DNA from: Harriotta raleighana
Lineage: Eukaryota
Direction of reading: 5' to 3'
Length of the DNA: 64,000 bases
NCBI GenBank assembly: GCA_050575255.1
Contig: JBNZDD010013510.1
Location: 722,384 to 786,383, forward strand
Part shown: piece by piece, positions 13,131-25,160 of the stretch
How positions within the stretch are numbered: the stretch's first letter is position 1
Layout: every line of letters starts with the position of its first letter
Program-made: the position numbers and the translations under genes
The notes under the pieces: generated by a model
What the model saw: the letters and a program-made list of their open reading frames with translations, nothing else
Database searches by the model: none
What the model was told of the DNA's origin: nothing

Positions 13131-13929
13131 TATATAAATACTGTATAGCCCATTTTTTCCTCACACATTTGGAATATATTTCTGCTATCAATTTTCTCTG
13201 AAAAAAGGCAGAAAATCTGAGATGGTGCCCGATGGCAAATGAGGCAACCAGTGAGACGTAGGCAGCCAGATCAAGGGGATTGACATGGTGAAAATTGCTT
13301 TCAAATTCCCTTCTGTTTAGGAGAAAGGAGCCAGGCACATTAGAAACCATTTGCTTTGGGTTAGTGCCATGAACAACCAATCATTTTTCCACAGAGATGA
13401 TGTCTGTTTTCTTCAGCGGATTTCTTACGTCTGCACGAGCTTCATGGGTGAATTTTTAGCAATGAGAAATGAAAGCAAAAAGAATGTAAAAGTCTATAGG
13501 TTCCCCACAGAAGAGCAGATTACTGGAAGAATTAGTATCAAACCTTAACATTTGGGTTGCCACAAAATGTTCTTACTTTGTTTTCCCCCAAGTATATTTG
13601 AAGTCAATGTGAACCACACCTTGCGGCAACAATTTCTGGGTGCTTTTTGAAGATACAAAATTACAGTACATATTCTTTGTGGCCTTTTCCAGCTTTTTTC
13701 CCCCTTCCTTTTCTTCACTTAATCACCTTCTCCTCCATGTTATTTCCCTTAAATTCTTTTTTTTTAAAATAATATGTTTTCCTTCTCTTTGGCGTCTCTG
13801 CCTCCAATCCAGTCAACCGAATGAACCCTGGAATCGGTAACATATAAAAAAGACGTGTTGTATAATTGCTGTGAAAAAGCTTGAGGTGTTGCATTTCTAC
13901 AGCATATCTTGCCCACATTGGGTACACCC

Positions 13930-14900
13930 CATCATCCTTGGGAAATAAGGCGTGAAATAGCCAATGCTATGCTTGATATTTTTCAGGATCTCTGTAAATA
14001 CAAGGATTGTACTGATGATTGAACTGTGGTTCATGACGTGCTGGTATTCAAAAAGCATGAATCAAGAAATTGCGGACCATTTAGACTTCACAAGTGTGTT
14101 GGGTAAAATGCTTCGGAGCATTTTATGAGGTGATGTCAGTCTTCATCTAAAAAGCAGAGAGAATGTAAGAAGAGGTCAATATAGCTTTTGAAACAATAGG
14201 TCATGCTTTGCAAAACATTGAGATTTCTCGAATGGTGACAAAATGAATGGAGCAGAATATTTGGTGCATGAAATAGTCTTGGGCATTCAAACCGTTATTC
14301 AGTAAGGATCTAGGTTGGAGGCTATTAAATAACATGGAGGGGCACTTTATTGAACTTAATATTTAGCTGGATTGAAAAGATGATGATGAGAAGTGTCCCA
14401 TTTTTCTGCAAGGTTCAATTTTTATACAGCCTCCTCTTTTGAAGAATATGCCGAATACATTTAATCAAGTGAATTTGCCTTTTTGGTTCGAAGCCAAACA
14501 TTTTATTTTAACACATTCTAATTCATTGGTAGCATGGCATTTGCGCTCCTGTGTTGAACACTTGGCTCTTCATCTTCAAAAGGAGATTGTTTTGTTGGAC
14601 AAGGTCCAGAAAAGGGCAGCCATGGCTCATCGAAGACTCAAAATATTAAATTTGTTTAAGAGATGGAATTGGAGAAACCAAAATTGAGAGAAAGAACATA
14701 TATTTTCAAATATCAGGAGTGTGTATTTTATGATGTAAACTATTGTGATTCTAGGACAAGAAGATCTAAACATGAACAAGACAACTTCAAAACTAATAGT
14801 AAAGATGAGATTTATTTTCTGCATTGACTTGAAGATAGAAACTGAAGGAATGTTTATAAGACAAGTTTAAAGGTTCCAGGATCAGTATAAATATTGATGA
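13930..14900 (+). pseudogene. highly decayed CR1 LINE ORF2 (reverse transcriptase) remnant
   Basis: Broken frames resemble CR1 motifs: EIANAMLDIFQD, VFKK, TSVLGKML, and HLRSCVEHLALHLQKEIVLLDKVQKRAA (cf. HLEYCVQFWSP...LEKVQRRAT). Many stops, frameshifts and an internal deletion. Confidence 0.75.
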
Positions 14901-17139
14901 TGAAATATAATATGGAGAGCTGTGACTCCAGACTTGGTACCCAATGAGTGGTATGATCAATTCACCCAGTGAGATTGAATAATATTAGATTGCTGTACAC
15001 TTGGGAATATTTGCTTGGTTTCCTCGTTCGATTCAGAAGACATTTCATAGCATTTATTAACCGCCGTTATTTGTCTCCCTCAGGAAATTGAATAAATGAG
15101 GTTGAAACCATTATTATGTTTTGTTCATTGGAAGTTGAAATGAGATTGCAGCAGGTCAGTGAGTTCAGCTGGTGTAAACGATTTCTGTGAAGAAATCAGA
15201 ATTCCATATCCGCCGGTTTGCTAATCAGTCCAACGTATTTGTTTGGGTTCATTTCCTTATTTGGTGTTGTCGGGAGGAGGGAAGTAACTAGCAAAAATGG
15301 AAATTGTCAACCACACACATTCAAGGGAAGGAGCTGTCAAGAATTTGCTGTCCAAATAGCAGGGCGTTTTGTATATATTATGAGTCGAGGAGACTTATTA
15401 GGTATGCAAAGCTCTGCTCCTTTCTTTCTCCCTTCTCATCTGATCTATTGATTTTCTGTCTTGAAAATGACAACTAATTTCCGTGAGTGCTTGCAATACA
15501 TTAGTACAGTATTTTTATTATAGTGACCATGGTTTACATGTAAGTCAAGACATTGAATGTTCAATTCATTGATGGAATGAATGCACCAAACGCAAGCTTT
15601 TTTTTAATCCATGTTACAGTAAACCTAGCCTGTGAAACGCTTTGAGATGACTCGATGAAGGCACAAGGTACAAAATCAAATACAGTAAAAAGGATTATTC
15701 TTACTATTATTATTCACATATGAAGTGTTCAATTCTGGGATATTAGACAGCAGAAATCTGGAATAGATTGGATCAATACTTATTCCTCATTTACTTTCCA
15801 TAGCTCAGATTGGAACAAACCCTGTTTGTAGGAATTGTTACTGCCCGCCTGACACTGGCAAACTCATCTCAGATTAAAGATCAATCTCATCTTCTCAAAC
15901 TTTAATTAAAATCCTATTTGTCCACTTAAAATCCATCTTTTCTTCCAACCCTCTGTCCGCTGCTGCATTTTATCAAGTCAGATTGGTGAAATTATGCTTT
16001 TGAGCTTGGTCTGAGGCAATCAAGTAAATCGTTGCAGTCCCAGGCAAGCCCGTCTTCCCCAGATACCTATCCAGTTCTCTCTTATCATGTTTAAAATACT
16101 CTGCACATTGCTGAACTTGAATTCTCCCGCACCCCCCCCCCCGCCCCATGATTTTTATCAACAACAATCATCCCCAAAACTTCAGGTAAAACTGATAACA
16201 CAATTTAGTTTTATTTGATTGTATTGGAATTTGATATACTGCCTGTCAGAACTAAGACAAGTGAAAAATCCTAATTTGTTATCAATTTTTAATGAAACAA
16301 ACCAAGTGGTGTCAAACCAAGGGATAAATACAGATTGCCATGAAGAACGAGAATCTCTGTTAAGGTGAGAAGGTGAATAGGTCATCTAGCTATTGACTGA
16401 TGTGGAAAAATAGTTTTTCCCCATGTAGTCACCCATGACCTCAGCCATAATAAGTTATTGACCAGAGTTTCCACACTTCATAGAAGTGTGGAAATTGATC
16501 AGTTTCTTGGCCGGGCTAGAATACCTACTTGTAATTGGTTGTGGCTCAAGATTTTTAGAGGAACAAATTAATGTACTTCAGATTTTGTGCAATAAAAAGG
16601 GGGAACAATATTGAGATGTACCTTTGCAAATAGAGCTGGAGCTAATGCCTGTGTTCTAACCTGGATTGTTACAAAGAGAGAGAGAGACATTGGATTCAAT
16701 TTTATTTGTGCATGCGTGCAAGAGAGAGAAAGAGACGTAAACATATAGAGAAACTGGGAGTCACAGAACGTCACTGAAAACTGTGCATGTTCAGTTTGTT
16801 ATCAACAGAGCTATTAATGGGAGCTACAAAGACTAAGATGAAATTGATCATTCACTTTCTAGTTGTTTATGGAAAATTGCTATGATATTAAAGGGGGATG
16901 GTGGGGTTCTGTTTTTGTGGCAGTTCCTTAGGGTTATGAAGTTATAGAACTCGAGTGATCAATTGCCATTACATCAGTGGTACTTGCAGGAAGGGTGTTA
17001 TTTGCTAGAATAGATCTAACTGGGGTTAGGAAGGACAGGTTATATAGGAGATTTAGAAGAATGGCTTTGTGTATTTGCTGGAGAAGTTAGGATTATTTGG
17101 GGTCGGGTAATCTGATAATCATATCTTTTATCCTAATAC

Positions 17140-17310
17140 CAATCCTTGTACTAGATGTTTCAAAGCGCTTCACAGAATGTACTGAAAAGTGAATTGACTG
17201 TATATAATAAACAAAAGTCAAAATANCATTTGATATAGCGCTTTTCACGTCTACTAGATGTTTCAAAGCGCTTCACAGAATGTACTGAAAAGTGAATTGA
17301 CTGTATATAA
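17140..17310 (-). mobile_element. SINE tail fragment, duplicated across the N at 17226
   Basis: CATTTGATATAGCGCTTTTCACGTCTACTAGATGTTTCAAAGCGCTTCACAGAATGTACTG. Confidence 0.8.
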
Positions 17311-17311
17311 T

Positions 17312-17455
17312 AAACAAAAGTCAAAATACTGCAGATGCTGGAAATCTGAAATCAAAATAGAAGTCGCTGGGAACACTCAGCAGAGCAGGTCAGACAGCGT
17401 CTAAGGAGAGAGGAAAGTGAGTTAATGTTTCAGGTCGATAACCTTTCGTTAAAGT
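17312..17455 (-). mobile_element. Penelope-like element terminal fragment with decayed minimal hammerhead core
   Basis: AAATACTGCAGATGCTGGAAATCTGAAAT...CTCAGCAG...GTTAATGTTTCAGGTCGATAACCTTTCGTTAA is a repeat I recognise from shark genomes. Minus strand reads TTAACGA-AAGGT-TATCG-ACCT-GAAAC. Confidence 0.65.
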
Positions 17456-18183
17456 TATGTCTCTAGTTGAGGAGGTTAGGCTCTTCCCCATGCTTAGAGA
17501 ATCGCAGATGCTTAAGTGTTTGTGCTTCTCGCCTCACAAGTGAAAATGTGGCATTGTGTTTCCCCGAGTTCCACAGCGGCAGCAATGAGACTGGCAAGAG
17601 AAGTCGGTGGAGAAAAAGGTCAGAGCTTCACTTCCAAGCAATTAACTTGAATGGGGGCCTACTCTCAGAACCTTATTTAATTGTTAACATTTTATGCAAA
17701 TTTGCGAGTCATTGTAATTGGGGAGGTCACAGATGCCACAGTAATTCACTACTGTGCCTTCTCTACCAGTTTCGTTATTGTTACAGTGCTACTGTTGTAT
17801 TCAGGTCTTGCTGTCTTCATCTGCGATATTATTGCCTTTCTCTTGATTTCACACATTAAGATTCAGAGGATTTTAGTGACCTACAGTTCAGATATCTTCA
17901 AACGAATTATTTTGTGAATGCTTGAGCCTTGGGAGAGGACAAGCCCATTCCCTTGCGTATTCATGGAGGGTGCTATGTAAGTGCTTGTTGTTGTTGCTCA
18001 AGCCTCATGCTGCGGATACATGTTTTTTGGTTGTTCTGTCCAGTTTCTGTGTTTTCTGTTAGTACCACGCATGTTGAAATTGTGAGTTTTGCCAACCTGC
18101 TTCACATAAAAGCTGCAGGAGAGAAAAGTGGAGATTCACAATGATGGCTGTCGTATAGTCGTATAGAAAAATAATAATCCTTC

Positions 18184-18352
18184 AAATAATCCTTGCATTT
18201 GGTATCGCGGTTCATCCCGTCTTCGAAACATCTCATCGTGCTTCACAGAATATACTGTAAAATGAATTGGCTATCTTTTGAGGGTGAAACCACGGTGACC
18301 AATTGCGTTCAGCAGTGTCCCACGAATAGTCATGGATTGAGTGATCAAATCA
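18184..18352 (-). mobile_element. SINE 3' half
   Basis: ATAATCCTTGCATTTGGTATCGCG...GTGCTTCACAGAATATACTGTAAAATGAATTG...CAGCAGTGTCCCAC...GTCATGGATTGA. Confidence 0.85.
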
Positions 18353-19113
18353 TTATTCTTTTTTTTTTAATTCAAAGGATTATTACCTCTGGAAAAGCAA
18401 TCTGGCCTTTACATTATCTGAAGGAACTATGAGCATTAACTATCAATTTGTATTGAGAACCAGAGGCAGAGATTCTATACATCATTATTGTTGCCTGTAG
18501 CTCTATCCATTGCAGTTCAAAACCAGAACAAATCACCTTGCTGAAATGTGTGCTGTGCTTTGAGAAATCTATGTCCTCGTTATCAGAAGCCCAGTACAAT
18601 TAATCCCAGAGACATTCTGCGCTCTGAAGCACTCTTGGGTCAATTTTATGAGAAATATACCCTCAACACAGTTGCATTCACTTACTCCCAGTTGTCATAC
18701 CACCCAATAATCAAAGGAAAAGAATAGCCCGTCCAGACTGCAGAATCTTTCATTCTTAGTCAAAAGCTAACACAGTGATTGAGATTCAATAATGTGATAG
18801 ATACCGTAGATTAATCAGTTTCCTTGAGAGACTGATTACTTGGGATTTGGAGGAGCGGAGGAGATGTAAGTAAGATTAATGTAAAAAATGACATAAAAGG
18901 CAGTCGGAACCTGTTATAATACAATTTGGAGATCGGTGTTTATGAATATGTCTTGTAATTAATTGCTGCTGATCATTTTTGGCGGAGGGACTATGCGTTG
19001 AATTAATTTTCATTCCCATTGACTATCGTGTAATTTAATTGTCAAGAAAATAAGCAAAGTGTGAAACTGAATGAAACAATGAAGACTTTGGTAATTATGT
19101 TGCAGCGTAAGAA

Positions 19114-19451
19114 GAGCTGTGGCTCAGTGTTTAGAGCACTCGCCTTACATGCCTTACAAGCATGAGACCTGTGTTCGAATCCAGGGAGATCAGGGCGAAA
19201 CCTTGGGCAAGTTTCCTTACTCCACATGCCTAATAATAATCCCTCCAAAAAAAAACACAATCATAAAATTGGTCATTTCAATCCATGACTGTTTGTGGGG
19301 GGGGGGAACGCTGCTGTGCGCAATTGGCTGCCATGTTCCGCCCACAAATATACAGTCAATTCACTTTACAGTATATTCTGTGAAGCGCTTTGGGACGTTG
19401 ATAAGATGTGAAAAGCGCTATATCAAATGCAAGGATTATTAGTATTATTAA
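19114..19451 (+). mobile_element. full-length young tRNA-derived SINE
   Basis: TGTGGCTCAGTGTTTAGAGCACTCGCCTTAC (A-box; GCCTTACA internally duplicated), GTTCGAATCC (B-box), complete body and tail. Confidence 0.92.
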
Positions 19452-19753
19452 TATGGCCAGAGTTTTCTATATCTTTCTAGTTGATCACTTTTCTTTTGCC
19501 TGAAGGCACATTGTTACTCAGGGAAGAGAGGGTAGGTGGATCGTAGTCATAGAAATGGATATATTTTCAGCACAGAAGGATGCTTACAGTACCTGTCTCA
19601 CTGTACACACGTCATATTATACCATGCTTCAATATTATTACCATCTTTAACACAGGTGTATTTGAAAGATTGGCATGGCAGTGCTGGATATCTTTCCCCT
19701 TTAGTCCCCGATGTTTGCGCAGTGCCTTTAGAGAAATTAATTAGTCCCAGCCC

Positions 19754-19775
19754 TATAAAAACTGATAAACACGTG
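19754..19775 (+). promoter_or_regulatory. candidate core promoter: TATA box, GATA site and E-box
   Basis: CCCTATAAAAA (TATA at 19754), TGATAA (19763) and CACGTG (19770), about 200 nt upstream of the candidate exon ATG. Motif evidence only. Confidence 0.3.
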
Positions 19776-19959
19776 GAAAACTGAGATTTTTGTTGAAATC
19801 TGTAGAAATTGTATGCAGTGGTGTGGCAGATCTCTGTTCTGACTATTCCTTGTGAGGCCTCGCTTGTGGATTCGGATCCCAAAGTATCTGTGTCTGCTAC
19901 GTTTGTGACTGATCTGAGCGAGAACTTTGTGTGGGGGGCAGACGCTGGTGGCCAGGTTG

Positions 19960-20077
19960 ATGAGTGTGAAAGAACTGAAAGAAGCCTTGGATTATTTATT
20001 TGGAATGTGGGGAAGTATATGGATCACATATATAACTTCCTTGCTTTGTTGCAAACATATCTTTGATGATCTGATGG
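19960..20077 (+). CDS. candidate first coding exon, 39 aa plus phase-1 G (MSVKELKEALDYLFGMWGSIWITYITSLLCCKHIFDDLM); host gene unidentified
   Basis: Open frame from ATG 19960 ends at the consensus donor ATGG|GTAAGT (GT at 20078). Non-repetitive; no polypyrimidine acceptor upstream; TATA motif upstream. Confidence 0.4.
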
Positions 20078-22674
20078 GTAAGTGTTATTTGGAATGTGCT
20101 AATGAGGGCAAAAAGCTTATAGCGGTATAATTTTATGACAGTCGATGCTTAGAATTCTGATTAAAAGAAGTTATATTGGAAAGTTTTAGGACTTTTAAGA
20201 GTAAAAGTATCACTTCCAACACTGTGAAGTAAAGTGACACTGTGTTTTCTCAGGAATATATTTCTGTTTCAATTAGCAGGTTACGAATAAAGGAGCTCTG
20301 GGTTCTCAGAGTGTGAGTGATTGACCCCCCCCCCCCCATCTTTCTAGTACAGAAAGAAGATTGTTAGAAGGTAATGAACTGAAATACTGTACATATGAAT
20401 TCTGAAATTAAATGGGACTCCATTGGAGGTACTTTTAAATCTTTCAAGCAGCAAATGACATAATTTGCCTGACAAAATCAATTAATGGTATCCCATTTCA
20501 GTTGAAAGACCATGTCCTTGATCTAATTAACAAGTTTTTAAAAATATATGTTTGAGAGAAATATTGAACCTTGTTGAGGAGAAAACAGAAAGCTGATCCA
20601 GAAATTGTATGATAAGGTTGTGATGTATGTGTGCAGACTCATTCTATTCTTGATCACTGTCCGAATTCATGCTACAACTTGTACAATTATGCATTTATAT
20701 TGTTGGTAGAATATGATGCAGAGGGCTGGGAATATAATTATAATTTTTTTGATAAGGTGTTGAGGGAGTGGTGGGAAATGGTGCTCTGGGGTGGTGGGGT
20801 AGAGTGCTGAGGAGAGTTTGCATGTAATTCAATTGGGGAGTGTGTGTTGTACTGCGGACAATGAATATTCGTTTCACCAGTGTATCTAATTTGTATTTCA
20901 CATTATGTTGAGGCAGTAATCGTGGTCGCACAGCCTTTCACAGAAACAGAAGTTGTTAGCCAGCCTGCGTTTGTGTTAGCGAGAGCCTGACCAAGGAATA
21001 GGTTCAATTTCTCAGTCGTTAAACGATGCTCTCTCTCGCGTTGCGACAATATGTTTGGAGCTGATTTCTCGGGGAACTATGTTTACAGAATGAGACAACT
21101 TTGTGTGGAAAGTGTGATTGAGTGAGAAGCACATGAGCAGTTCATGAGCTTGGTCTTATCAACTCCAGTCATGTGAGCTGTGATCCAGCAGAGCAAGATT
21201 GGACCCTTTGGCAATCGTGAAGGATTCCCACTGGCTTGCATTCTGCTACTGCTCCTGTGTGGATTTTGAAAATATTGAAACTGCAATAACCTAGTTTTGT
21301 ACAATTATTGAAGCTACAACATTATTTCTTATCACTGGCATCTTGCGATGATCGTCAACAACCAGGCTATCCGATCAAACGAGTGATTATTGCATCACGA
21401 TAAGTTGCCTTATATACAAAATCATCATTTGCAAAGATGCTGAACAGTCTCTGCCCTGGCTCATGGCTGTAGATTAAGTTGCAATCGTTTAACAATAGAA
21501 ATACTGTAGATGGCAAAATTAGATCTTGCATTTGTAGACAGCATGTTGTATGTGCTATTCTGGATTATCTTCCCAGCGCAGTTTGGGAGCCAAATTGAGA
21601 ATGCTGCCTTATCTGAAACTGGTATTTTGAAACAATAGATTGGAATTGTGTGAGCGTCACATCAAAACTCCAGTGCGATAATAGCCATTTCTATTATGTC
21701 CTGCAGCAAGTTTCACACTATTAGACATGCATTGTTGCTCCTAAAATATTAAAGATGTTAAAGAACAGCAGCCGTGAAAATTCCTCCCTGCGGAACCAGT
21801 GATGTTAACAATACTATAGTTTGCTGAATGCACAGAGTGGAGTAGGCACTCTACTGGGATCACATATATTAATTTAAGTACACACTTTGATTGAAGCATT
21901 TCTCAGGTACGGTGTTGAAATCATTCTCATGAAGCTGATGTAAGGAACCCACTAGTTGGAACCGCTAATATAGATTGTTTTGAATAGGAGACGTCATTAT
22001 ATTGATGCATTGCTCTTCTTCCAGCTTGATGTTGTTTTGGATTTGCATTAGCCTCTGCACTGAAAGTAGGCATTGAACCCACACACAACACTCTTAAAAG
22101 AGCTCAAATCATGCCATTCCATGTTTCATTTTTTTCCTTGGGGGAAGGGACGGAAATAAAAGCTGTGTGTGTTTACAATGCAGTTGATGTTGGCCCTTCA
22201 TTCCCAAGGCCTCAAGTGACATTCCTTTGATGAATGAGCCTTGAACAAAAAAGGTATATAGTCAAAGGTGAAGGGGGTGGAGAGGGTTTGGAATAATTCA
22301 TCTGCTTTCCTGGAAGTCTGCCTTGTCCCTGCTGGTGGAATGGTAGGATGTATTCAAGCTATGGTGGTCCAGTGGATTGTAATTATGGGTCTGCTGAATG
22401 CCAACTAAAACTGAGCGGTAATTTTTCAAATGCAGTGTCTTTTGTAGAATCCTCCCAAGTAGCTGTTATGGTAGAGACAGCCCACTGTGGTTCATGGACA
22501 ATATAGTAATCATTCCAACTAGGTGCCTGCTGTGCTAATGTGAAGTTCCATGAATCTGTCAGTTTATTTGGAAATTTTCTTTCATCTGCTGAACACAGTC
22601 GTAAACCTATCAGAAAAAAAGTTTGAGAATGTATGACTTCATGACTCTTGACTTGTAATTACCATAATGTAATT

Positions 22675-22990
22675 GGAGTCATGCAGCTCAGTGGTTAGAG
22701 CACTTGCCTTACAAGAGAGAGACCAGGGTTCGAATTCAGGCAGGGGGAAATCTTGGGCAAGTTTTCTTACTCCACATGCCTAATAAGAATCCCTCCAAAA
22801 AACTGTAAAATAGTCAAATTTGTCATTTCAATCCATGACTGTTTGTGGGACCCTGCTGTGCGCAATTCACTGCCGCATTTCATCCACAAATCTATAGTCA
22901 TTTCACTTTAAAGTATATTTCTGTGAAACGCTATGAGATGTCAAGAAGATGTGAAAAGCATGATATCAAATGCAAGAATTATTATTTATT
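22675..22990 (+). mobile_element. full-length tRNA-derived SINE
   Basis: GGAGTCATGCAGCTCAGTGGTTAGAGCACTTGCCTTACAAG...GGTTCGAATTC, followed by body and tail. Confidence 0.92.
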
Positions 22991-23057
22991 TTCATAAGTG
23001 ATGAAATTGACAGTACAATCTATCAGTGGATTTCACTCCACTGTGATGTTTGTGGTA

Positions 23058-23348
23058 CAGTAAAACCTTGCCAATCCCGGATTGCGGAATTTGCTAGTAT
23101 TTAGAAATGGCTGTGAAGCCCGGCCCCATACACTGTAAACACAGCACTGAAGCCAAACAATACTTGAGCTCCTCCCACAGCCCCGGATGATGGATTGGTG
23201 ATGTCGTGAACTACAAGCAGCTGTTCCGAACTTTGGGAGATTTGCTGGACATCGGGAAAAAAATTGAATACTGGATGGATTTTGAAATCTTGCCAGTTTT
23301 GGGGAGTTGTCATCTTTTGAAGTGTCGGACTATATTGAGGTTTATCTG
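23058..23348. mobile_element. Tigger/pogo-type MITE, about 290 bp
   Basis: TA|CAGTAAAACCTTGCCAATCCCGG at left; CGGACTATATTGAGGTTTATCTG at right is a degenerate inverted repeat. Confidence 0.65.
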
Positions 23349-24984
23349 TCACCATATTCCTGTATGTAATGATAGCTCAGGAAGTAATTTAAACCTTTTT
23401 CCTAAAAAATGGCTTTTTCTGGGTTGACTTGGGAAATGAACAGTTGAATTTAGGGGCTTTCTGGAAGGTTTTTGGATGCCAGGTTGCACAGGACTCATTT
23501 AAGAAACTGCTTGACGTAGGACTGCAGGGAGCCTATCATCTGCACTAATTGGGACTAGTCCAAATAACAAATAATGTGGATGATAGGACATCATGCACAA
23601 TACAATTTGGGGTTAATTTAAAAATTCATACAGGGTGCAACTGTCAATAATACTATGCCAGCCCTCATGATACACGTGTTGTGTTAATGATTGTAGAAGC
23701 CCTGGAAATGATTGATGGTGAAAAATGATTCAGTGAACATAAGAGCAAATGAAGAGTTCACCCCATTCCCCTGTATTGTTGAATATCACATTGTTCCAGA
23801 GAGATGATGAGTAAAGTCCAGGCATATATTCGGAGTGTGCTGGAATTATTGTCCGTGGAGTATTAGGTGTATCTCCTCTCTCAAGCTTCCAGCCAAGGGT
23901 GGATTGATATTCGCTTCTGAACGGTTTGCTTGTCCTTTCCTTTGTGACCTTGGAGGAACCACTGTAGTAAGAAAGGATCCAAGGACAAAATACAGTACCT
24001 TGAATTCTGGCAAACTCTTATGAAATTTCAATCTCTAATCCTAATTCTGATCATATACTGTTTAAAATTCCAATCACCAAAGGGCACTTCCAACAAACGC
24101 TGCCTCCAGCGAGTAATCAATTGCAGCAAAATTGAAAAATGTGAATATAAAGTCCTGCGATCAATGTACCTTGTCCTGGTTTTCATCAAAATCTTCACCA
24201 AATGAGGCAACTGGTTAGGATGAAATTCATTTCAAATGGGGTAATGGGGATTTCAGTCCCCTTTGTTTTCCAGAGCACTGACTGAAATTTAATATCCTTT
24301 ACCGGGGAAGGTTGTCAAAGCCACTCTGACTTGCAAAGTGAACTCAGCAAGCCAGCATCAGACCGTTTGCTTCTGCCTGGAATATTCTAAGAATAGAGAC
24401 AGGAAGTAGAGAGGATGGAAGAAATAATTTGTCTGTAGTCTACAATGAGTCACACTTGCCAGCAAGATTTCATCATGGGCAAGCAAGCATTATAGATTTT
24501 CAGGGCTGATAATAGATCATTGCCAGGATATACACTGGTTTCATTCATATTGAGACAATTGGCATCAAAGGTTTGCATATTGAAAACACAATGTTGGATT
24601 TAAGCCCAGTAGAAATCTGAATTCCTTGGAGAGTTTGCTTTAAGACTGTTTCTCTGTGTTTTCACAGTAATTATCTCCCTGAGGTATGTTCTCACATAAA
24701 ACTCTCATTATATGCTGATAATGCAGCAAGGATTTACTTGCATACTCCTCTCCTCAGTCTGCAGAGTAGCCATTAAAGGAGCATTGTCATTAGGTTTGCC
24801 AAAATATTTAGCTTATTTGGGAAGAGCAAGATATCACGTTTGATGCCACGGTGAAGTGACATTTCATTGCTTTTTAACATTAAATTTGTAATGAGTTTGC
24901 AAATAGATGAAGAATGGAACATATGCACATAGGAAGTCTTCTAAAGTGCTGGATTCTACCGTTTGACTGTTTTAGTTCTAGTTT

Positions 24985-25160
24985 CAAGGCTATATATAAC
25001 CATTATTCTTCATCCTTCTACCAGGGAAAGGAGTCATTTCCTATCTATCTTGTCAATTTCCTTGATTATTTCAAATACCTCAATCAGATCAAGCCTTAGC
25101 CTTCTCTACTCAACTGAATAAAAGATTATCCAGATTACCCAGTGTCTCATTACAGCAAAA
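24985..25160 (-). mobile_element. decayed CR1 ORF2 C-terminal fragment
   Basis: CCTATCTATCTTGTCAATTTCCTTGATTATTTCAAATACCTCAATCAGATC encodes DLIEVFEIIKEIDKIDR on the minus strand; homologous to 43556-43798. Confidence 0.7.
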
